From an uncultured Gemmatimonadales bacterium (GTDB taxonomy: Bacteria > Gemmatimonadota > Gemmatimonadetes > Longimicrobiales > Gaopeijiaceae): a DNA stretch of 64,000 nt. Below the pieces are notes generated by a model that saw only the letters and a list, made by a program, of their open reading frames with translations, was not told the origin of the DNA and searched no databases. The stretch is taken from positions 192,001-256,000 of the forward strand of contig CAWGKG010000004.1 in NCBI GenBank assembly GCA_963823035.1, in the 5' to 3' direction. Below, piece after piece: positions 58,164 through 64,000 of this stretch. Position 1 is the stretch's first letter. Every line of letters starts with the position of its first letter. Both the position numbers and the translations under genes were made by a program.

Positions 58164-58213
58164 GGGCCCATCCTTTCTGTCTACGCGGCCGGTTGCGGCC
58201 GCGCGCGCCTTTC

Positions 58214-59236
58214 CTACGGCGTGACGACCACCCGGATCGCGGCTCCGGAGCGGAGCGTGTCGAGTGCCTGGCCGATCTCGTCCAGGCAGAAGCGATGGGT
58301 CACCAGCTCGGTGAGTCGGATCCTGCCCTGGCGCACCATCTCGATCACCCGAGGATAGTCCACGGGCCGGCAGCCGAGGGAGCCCACCACCTCCAACTCA
58401 CGAAACATGACACGTCCCGAGTTCAGCGTCATGGTTTCGGGGCTGTAGCCCACGAAGACGGCGCGTCCTCCCGTCTTCAGACACGACACCGCGAGCTCCT
58501 GTGTGATCGGCTTCCCCACGGCCTCGAAGGCCACGTCCGCGCCCCCGCTGGTCGCCTTCCGCAGCGCCTTGTCGGGCCGCGCTTCGGCCGCGATGTCGAG
58601 CGTCGCGGCGGCCCCCAGCTTTGCGGCCCACTCGAGCTTGGCCGGCGAGATGTCCACCGCGACCACGCGCGCGCCCAGCGCCGCGGCGATCTGGACGATG
58701 TTGATGCCCACGCCGCCGCAGCCGAACACGACCACCTCGTCCCCGGGGCGCACGCGCCCACGGTTCACGACCGCGTGGTAGGGGGTGGTGATCGCGTCCG
58801 CGATGATCGACCCCTCCACCAGGGGGATCTCGTCGGGGAGGTGGAAGACGTCCTTGGACGGCACGGCCACGAACTCGGCGAAGCCGCCGTCGATGTGGTT
58901 CCCGAGCATCTCGCCGTTCGCGCAGATGCTCTCGCGGCCTTCGCGGCAGGCGGCGCAGTGGCCGCAGCTCGTGACCGCCGCCGCGAGCACGCGCTCGCCG
59001 ACGGCGAGGTGGCGCACCCCTTCGCCAACGGTCTCGATCGTGCCCGAGACCTCGTGCCCGAGGATCATCGGCGGCTGCTTGAAGGTAGGGGTGCCGTGGT
59101 CGAGGTAGTGCAGGTCGGTGTGGCAGACGCCGCACCCCGCGACACGGATCAGCACCTGTCCCGGACCCGCCTCCGGCATGGGCACGTCCTCGATGGCCAG
59201 GGGGCGGTCCGCGCCGTGAAACACCGCGGCCTTCAT
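58214..59236 (-). CDS. had: Zn-dependent alcohol dehydrogenase, probable 6-hydroxycyclohex-1-ene-1-carbonyl-CoA dehydrogenase
   Basis: GCGVCHTDL, LGHEVSG, CGHCAAC..C, ADAITTPY, GCGGVG; specific function inferred from operon context. Confidence 0.7.
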   Translation of the reverse strand: MKAAVFHGADRPLAIEDVPMPEAGPGQVLIRVAGCGVCHTDLHYLDHGTPTFKQPPMILGHEVSGTIETVGEGVRHLAVGERVLAAAVTSCGHCAACREGRESICANGEMLGNHIDGGFAEFVAVPSKDVFHLPDEIPLVEGSIIADAITTPYHAVVNRGRVRPGDEVVVFGCGGVGINIVQIAAALGARVVAVDISPAKLEWAAKLGAAATLDIAAEARPDKALRKATSGGADVAFEAVGKPITQELAVSCLKTGGRAVFVGYSPETMTLNSGRVMFRELEVVGSLGCRPVDYPRVIEMVRQGRIRLTELVTHRFCLDEIGQALDTLRSGAAIRVVVTP

Positions 59237-59529
59237 GGTGCGCTCCTTCCGGCGCCGTCGACGCGCCGGGTGTAGATGACCTTGAAGAGGGAGAGGGCCA
59301 GCGTGCAGCCCTCGCAGGAGGGGGCGAGCTCGCCGGGCAGGACGTCGTCGAGGAGGACTTCGCGGCCCGTGCTCTCGTAGAGTTGCCGCACCTCGCCCAG
59401 GCGAGGCGGGGAGCCCGTGAAGCGTCGCTCCCACCCGTCTCGCGCGAGCTGCTCGTCGCGGGCCCGCCTGACTTCGGGGACGGCCTCGTCTCCCGCCCCC
59501 ACCGCCGGAGACGCGGACGCGTCGGTCAT
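59233..59529 (-). CDS. Small hypothetical protein with CxxC motif
   Basis: 98 aa, GWERRF...LYESTG.EV...SCEGC...IYTR; ATGA overlaps at both ends. Confidence 0.75.
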   Translation of the reverse strand: MTDASASPAVGAGDEAVPEVRRARDEQLARDGWERRFTGSPPRLGEVRQLYESTGREVLLDDVLPGELAPSCEGCTLALSLFKVIYTRRVDGAGRSAP

Positions 59530-60323
59530 GCGGCGAGCTTCTCCAGGCGCCGCTTGGCCAGGACCGCTGCGCCGATGGCGCCCGTGAACTGGACCAACTC
59601 CTCCGGCGGCACGTTCACGTCGTCCCCCAGGTGGGTGCGCATCACGCGCACCATGGTCGGAAAGCGCATGATGCCGCCTACGAGCGTGAACTGCGGCTCC
59701 ATCTGCACGCGCTTCATGAGGCGCACCGAGCGCTCGATGAGCGACTCCATCGCCCCGTGTATGATGTCCGCCGGCTGGGCGCCGTTGCTGACGTGGTTGA
59801 TCACCTCGGACTCGGCGAACACCGCGCACACGCCCGAGATCGGCACGGGCGCCTTCGCGTACTCCACGAGGGGCCCGATCTCCTCGATCGAGTAGCCGAG
59901 GTAGCGGGCCGTCTTCTCGAGGAACGCGCCGGTACCGGCGGCGCATTTGTCATTGAGGCGGAAGGAGCGGACCTTGCCGGACTCGTCGAGGCGCAGCGCC
60001 TTCATCGTCTGGCCGCCGACGTCCAGCACGGTCATGGTGCCCGGGAAGAAGAAGCGTGTGCCCCAGGATTGCGCGGTCAGGTCCGTGGCTTGCACGTCCC
60101 GGAACGGGATCTGATTGCGCCCGTAGCCGGTGCTGGCCAGGTAGGCCACGTCCTCACGCCGGGCGCCCGCTTTCTCGAGCGCCGCTTCCAGGGCGATGCG
60201 CGCCGCCTCCTCGAGGCGGAATCCCGTCGCGCGGATGCCCACCGACGCGAGCTCACCCGCTTCGTCGAGGAGCGCGGCCTTGGTATACGTGGACCCGACG
60301 TCCACCCCCGCGAACCACTTCAT
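59526..60323 (-). CDS. bcrD: ATP-binding activator subunit of benzoyl-CoA reductase (D-like)
   Basis: [38 protein letters not shown]; 265 aa. Confidence 0.75.
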   Translation of the reverse strand: MKWFAGVDVGSTYTKAALLDEAGELASVGIRATGFRLEEAARIALEAALEKAGARREDVAYLASTGYGRNQIPFRDVQATDLTAQSWGTRFFFPGTMTVLDVGGQTMKALRLDESGKVRSFRLNDKCAAGTGAFLEKTARYLGYSIEEIGPLVEYAKAPVPISGVCAVFAESEVINHVSNGAQPADIIHGAMESLIERSVRLMKRVQMEPQFTLVGGIMRFPTMVRVMRTHLGDDVNVPPEELVQFTGAIGAAVLAKRRLEKLAA

Positions 60324-61135
60324 GCTGCGCCCTCCTCGGCGACGCCCTCCCGCCCCTTGTGGATGCGCTCCAGCGCGGAGAGCGCGGCGCCTAGCGCGCC
60401 CATGTAGTGCGACTCCTCGCTCACGTTCAGTCCCGTGTGCAGCATGTCCTCCAGCACGGCCACCATCGCTTCGTTCCGCGTCACGCCACCCGTGAAGGTG
60501 ATCTCGCCCTCGATGCCCACACGGCGCAGCAGCAGGATGGAGCGCGACGCGATCGAGCGGTGCACGCCCAACAGGATGTCCTCGATCTTCTTGCCGCGGG
60601 CGAGCCATGAGAGCACCTCCGACTCCGCGAACACCGTGCAGGTGGTGCTGATGTTCACGGGCCGCTGGCCGCGCAGGGCGGTGGGCCCCAGGTCCTCCAG
60701 TTCCATCTCCAGCGCGGCCGCGGCCGACTGCAGGAAGCGCCCGGTGCCGGCGGCGCACTTGTCGTTCATGCAGAAGTCCACCACGTCCCCGCCGGGGCGC
60801 ACCCGGATGGCCTTCGTGTCCTGTCCGCCCATGTCCAGCACCGTCTCGGTGGCGGGGAACATGCGGGCCGCGCCGCGCGCGTGGCAGACGATCTCCGTGA
60901 TCTGGGTGTCGCCGAACTCGACGCGGTAGCGGCCGTAGCCGGTACCCACCACGAAGCCGACGTCCTCCTCGTGGATGTCCCCGGAATGCAGCGCCTCCTG
61001 GAAGGCCTGCTCGGCGGCCCGGACGACGTTGGCACCCGTGGGCAGAAGGGCGCGTCCGACGATGTCACCCGCTTCGTCCACCACCACCGCCTTGGTCTGC
61101 GTGGACCCGACGTCCACGCCGGCAGCGTAGGCCAT
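60320..61135 (-). CDS. bcrA: ATP-binding activator subunit of benzoyl-CoA reductase (A-like, short)
   Basis: [50 protein letters not shown]; 271 aa. Confidence 0.75.
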   Translation of the reverse strand: MAYAAGVDVGSTQTKAVVVDEAGDIVGRALLPTGANVVRAAEQAFQEALHSGDIHEEDVGFVVGTGYGRYRVEFGDTQITEIVCHARGAARMFPATETVLDMGGQDTKAIRVRPGGDVVDFCMNDKCAAGTGRFLQSAAAALEMELEDLGPTALRGQRPVNISTTCTVFAESEVLSWLARGKKIEDILLGVHRSIASRSILLLRRVGIEGEITFTGGVTRNEAMVAVLEDMLHTGLNVSEESHYMGALGAALSALERIHKGREGVAEEGAA

Positions 61136-61148
61136 GTCGTTCTCCTCT

Positions 61149-62480
61149 TCAGGCGGGGGAAGGGGCTTGGGGATGGGCCTTCTGGGCGCTTCGGCGGATA
61201 CGCCGCGAGTCGAGCCCTTCGAAGAAGGCGTCGATGCGGTTCTTGAGCTGCGCCTCCGACACCACGCGCTTGTCCATCATGTCCGACTCGATGTACAGGC
61301 AGAGCACGTCGCGCTCGTCGAGCACCATGCGTCGGGAGTCCGCCAGCCCGGTGGAGACCGTGCGGCAGCTCTTGATCGGGTGGTAGACCACACCGTCCGC
61401 GTCCAGCTCGTCGATGGCGTCGAGGAGGTGGCTGTCGTGGAAGAGCATCGCGTCGCCCGCGCGGCGGACGCCCAGGAGGACGCCCTCGGCCAGGCTCTCG
61501 ATCGGCCGGCTCAGGTCGTACTCGAAGTCCAGGTCGAGGCCTCCGGACGCGAACCACATGTAGGTGGAGCCGACGAACACCCCGCCCCACTCGCTGAACA
61601 GCTGGTGGAAGCGCCGGAAGATCGGGTAGCAGGGCACGCCCACGAAGATGAGGCGATGCTCCTTGTCGTGGTCCATGAGCGGGCTCACGTGGTGCAGCGA
61701 CTTGTACGCCATCTCCTCGACCAGGTCCTCGAAGTACTTCGCCCCCTCCTCCGTGCCGCGAAGTGCGTTGGCCACGCCGAGGTAGATCGTGCCTTCCATC
61801 ATCGCGTCGAACACCGCGGGGCGACTTCCGTTGAGGCGGAGGAGCTGGCGCCACGCTCGGCCCATGCGGTTGGTGCGCTCAAGGACCTCACGCAGCCGGT
61901 CGATGTCGAAGGCCTTCCCGGTGAGCGTCTCGAGCTGGCCGATCAGCTCGCGCAACTGGTACTCCACGTAGCGGCGGTCCCGCTCCAACCCGCCCGCGGC
62001 GGCGTCCGTGCCGGCGTTGCGGCCCCGCGTACCCGGCACGTCCACCGTCACGACCGGGATGCCGTACATCCGCTCCCAGATCTCCGCCCACTTGAGGTAG
62101 GTGTTGCAGGCGTTCGTGAGCACCGCGATCGACGGCTTCGGGATCCGCCCCATCGGATGCTCCCCGCCGCGGAGCTGGAGCGCGTAGTCCGCCTTCACGT
62201 AGCCACATACGTCCGGGCTGAAGCCGTGGTCCTCCGCGAGGCTGAGGTACTCGTCCGAGACGCGGCGCACGGCGGTCTGCAACGAGTTGATCTCGGGGAA
62301 GACGGTGTGCATGTCGAACGTCTTCAGGATCTCGTTCAGGCTCCCCATCACGAAGACGTAGGCGGCCTGCTCCCCGCGCTCCGCCGCTCCCGTGAGGGAG
62401 TCGTACCAGTTCCGGAAGAGCAGGCCGCCGTCGCGGGTGCCGCGGCCGAGGAGATCGTCGGCGGTGGTGTGGATGGTCAT
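61149..62480 (-). CDS. bcrB: Benzoyl-CoA reductase subunit B-like (HAD/BCR family)
   Basis: [54 protein letters not shown]. Confidence 0.8.
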   Translation of the reverse strand: MTIHTTADDLLGRGTRDGGLLFRNWYDSLTGAAERGEQAAYVFVMGSLNEILKTFDMHTVFPEINSLQTAVRRVSDEYLSLAEDHGFSPDVCGYVKADYALQLRGGEHPMGRIPKPSIAVLTNACNTYLKWAEIWERMYGIPVVTVDVPGTRGRNAGTDAAAGGLERDRRYVEYQLRELIGQLETLTGKAFDIDRLREVLERTNRMGRAWRQLLRLNGSRPAVFDAMMEGTIYLGVANALRGTEEGAKYFEDLVEEMAYKSLHHVSPLMDHDKEHRLIFVGVPCYPIFRRFHQLFSEWGGVFVGSTYMWFASGGLDLDFEYDLSRPIESLAEGVLLGVRRAGDAMLFHDSHLLDAIDELDADGVVYHPIKSCRTVSTGLADSRRMVLDERDVLCLYIESDMMDKRVVSEAQLKNRIDAFFEGLDSRRIRRSAQKAHPQAPSPA

Positions 62481-62489
62481 GGCAGGCCC

Positions 62490-63689
62490 TCAGGCGAAGA
62501 GGAGGTTCTCGACGAACGTCTCGAGCTGGATCTGCAGGTGGTCGAACGAGGTCATGCGCTCCTCGAACTCCGTGACGAAGTAGGGAATGCCCGCCTCGTC
62601 CAGCGCATGCGCATAGGCCACCTGCTCGTCCAGCCCGGGCTCGCACATCTTCGCGGCGGCCACGATCGCGGCCCCGGCCCCCGAGCGGCGTATGCGCTCC
62701 AGGAGCATGCGCTCCTTCGGCTTGCGCAGGTCGTGCTGCACGGGGCTGTACGACGAGTCCTCCAGGTAGGCAACGGCGAGCTCGCGGACGGGGTCGCCCT
62801 CGGTGGATACGTCGGAGAGGATCCAGCGCAGCCCGATGAGGAAGTCGTCATCCACCACGTAGCAGAACTCGGCGATCGCGCGCAGGAGGTCGATCGGCGG
62901 CTGCTCGCAGAAGCCCCCCTCGAAGACCACGCGGATCTTGTCCTGCCGGCGCGCGTCCCGCGTCTCGATGCGGGGGAGCACCCACGCCAGCAGCTCGTTG
63001 TGCTCCTCGCGCGTGACCAGTCCCGCCATCGCGACCAGGACCCAGGCCTCGTGGATGGGGAGGAGCCAGGGCGCCTCGCGCTTGATCTCGTAGAGCCGGC
63101 GCAGGAGGCGGCGGTTGAGGTTGAAGACGTCGATCGAGCGGCGCACCTCCGCGGCGGTCGCGTCCTTCCCGGTGATCGCCTCCATCTCTCCGAGGATCCT
63201 CCGGTATTCCTCGGTGAGCCAGGTGGCGGAGAACGCCGAGTTCGGGTTCTGCGGGAGGTAGAGGATCTGCGCCGGCTCGGGTCGGTTCCGCCCCCAGATC
63301 CCGGCGAGGTTGCGCGCCGCGTCGCAGATCGGATGGGTGACGAACATGTCGAGCTCGACGCGGCCGGTCAGCGCGAGCTCGAGGGAGCTGCGCAGGATCG
63401 AGCAGAGGTAGGAGCCGAAGTGGGAATCCGCTTGCTCACGCTCCACCTGGGCGCCGCGCATCTTGACCGGGAGGAGCCCCGCGGCATGCGCCAGCTCTTC
63501 CGGGAAGTAGACCTGGAAGTGTCCCAGCACCTTCCCCCCCGCTTCGCGCCAACGCTTCACGGTCGGGAAGTCGGGGTCCTCCGCCACCTCGCGACAGTAG
63601 GCGAGCACGCCCTCCAGGCCGTCGTTCCAGGGGACGTCCAGCAGCCGGAGGGTGGGCTCCGGCGTCCGGATGTTCGCTGCGTGGGTCAT
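62490..63689 (-). CDS. bcrC: Benzoyl-CoA reductase subunit C-like (HAD/BCR family)
   Basis: [52 protein letters not shown]. Confidence 0.8.
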   Translation of the reverse strand: MTHAANIRTPEPTLRLLDVPWNDGLEGVLAYCREVAEDPDFPTVKRWREAGGKVLGHFQVYFPEELAHAAGLLPVKMRGAQVEREQADSHFGSYLCSILRSSLELALTGRVELDMFVTHPICDAARNLAGIWGRNRPEPAQILYLPQNPNSAFSATWLTEEYRRILGEMEAITGKDATAAEVRRSIDVFNLNRRLLRRLYEIKREAPWLLPIHEAWVLVAMAGLVTREEHNELLAWVLPRIETRDARRQDKIRVVFEGGFCEQPPIDLLRAIAEFCYVVDDDFLIGLRWILSDVSTEGDPVRELAVAYLEDSSYSPVQHDLRKPKERMLLERIRRSGAGAAIVAAAKMCEPGLDEQVAYAHALDEAGIPYFVTEFEERMTSFDHLQIQLETFVENLLFA

Positions 63690-63690
63690 G

Positions 63691-64000
63691 TCAGGCTCCC
63701 GTCCAGACGGGTGGGCGCTTTTCCAGGAAGGCCGCGAGGCCCTCTCGTGCGTCGGCGAGGTGCATGAGCTCGTCGAGGTAGAGTCGCTCGGTCGCCCGCA
63801 GGGCCGCCTCGATGGACACCTCCAGCGAGGCCACCACCGCGCGCTTGGTGAGTCGGAGGACGGGGCGACTGAGTGAGGCGAGGTCCGTCACGTAGGCCGC
63901 GGCGTCGTCCGCGAAGGACGCCTGTGGGAAGACGTGCTGTACGAGCCCCATGCCCCGCGCCTCGGCGGCGTCGAACGTCCTGCCGCTCAGGCAGAGGTCG
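63691..64000 (-). CDS. dch: Enoyl-CoA hydratase C-terminus, probable cyclohexa-1,5-diene-1-carbonyl-CoA hydratase (5' end outside window)
   Basis: [29 protein letters not shown] resembles the Dch C-terminus; stop is immediately before the bcrC start. Confidence 0.7.
   Translation of the reverse strand, partial: DLCLSGRTFDAAEARGMGLVQHVFPQASFADDAAAYVTDLASLSRPVLRLTKRAVVASLEVSIEAALRATERLYLDELMHLADAREGLAAFLEKRPPVWTGA

Noticed and set aside
59526..63689. 2-hydroxyacyl-CoA dehydratase system
   Set aside because: Disfavoured, not excluded: two different activator genes plus Dch-like and Had-like neighbours fit BCR better
47176..63767. Long Arg/Ala/Pro-rich ORFs (47176..51132, 53467..57510, 55629..58358, 61134..63767)
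   Set aside because: Antisense or off-frame shadows of real genes; only the PepP N-terminal part of the first is genuine

Overview
High-GC (visually ~70%) bacterial chromosomal segment with about 50 densely packed genes and no tRNA, rRNA, CRISPR, IS or prophage that I can see. Gene content (PadR/ADOP permease pair, many secreted peptidases) suggests Gemmatimonadota or a similar lineage; this is inference only. About half the genes carry single-base frameshifts, most likely long-read consensus errors, so many ORF-track entries are fragments or chimeras. Modules in order: GGT/DUF1697/orphan GroES/RsmF; M28-YfcC-MFS and PadR-ADOP-NUDIX; hybrid kinase plus Tat MBL hydrolase; PPi-type PFK with glgA/glgP; OmpA with a sigma54 promoter; SAM-I riboswitch-metX-metB-short aspartokinase; Bor-like lipoprotein; an unannotated structured intergenic transcript candidate (25.6-25.9 kb); acyl-CoA ligase; small protein-Tat amidase-creatininase-ArcE/cDPGS-like P-loop enzyme-GT-like gene; lctP; pdxH; csoR-copZ-copA; NTT-HEAT-cNMP; receiver proteins; peptidase/aminotransferase cluster; ychF; tnaA; and a class I benzoyl-CoA reductase-type operon (dch-bcrCBAD-small CxxC protein-had) truncated by the window end. 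Best novelty candidates: the orphan structured sRNA, the amidase/creatininase/arginine-synthetase-like cluster, and the BCR operon with its CxxC accessory gene next to tryptophanase.
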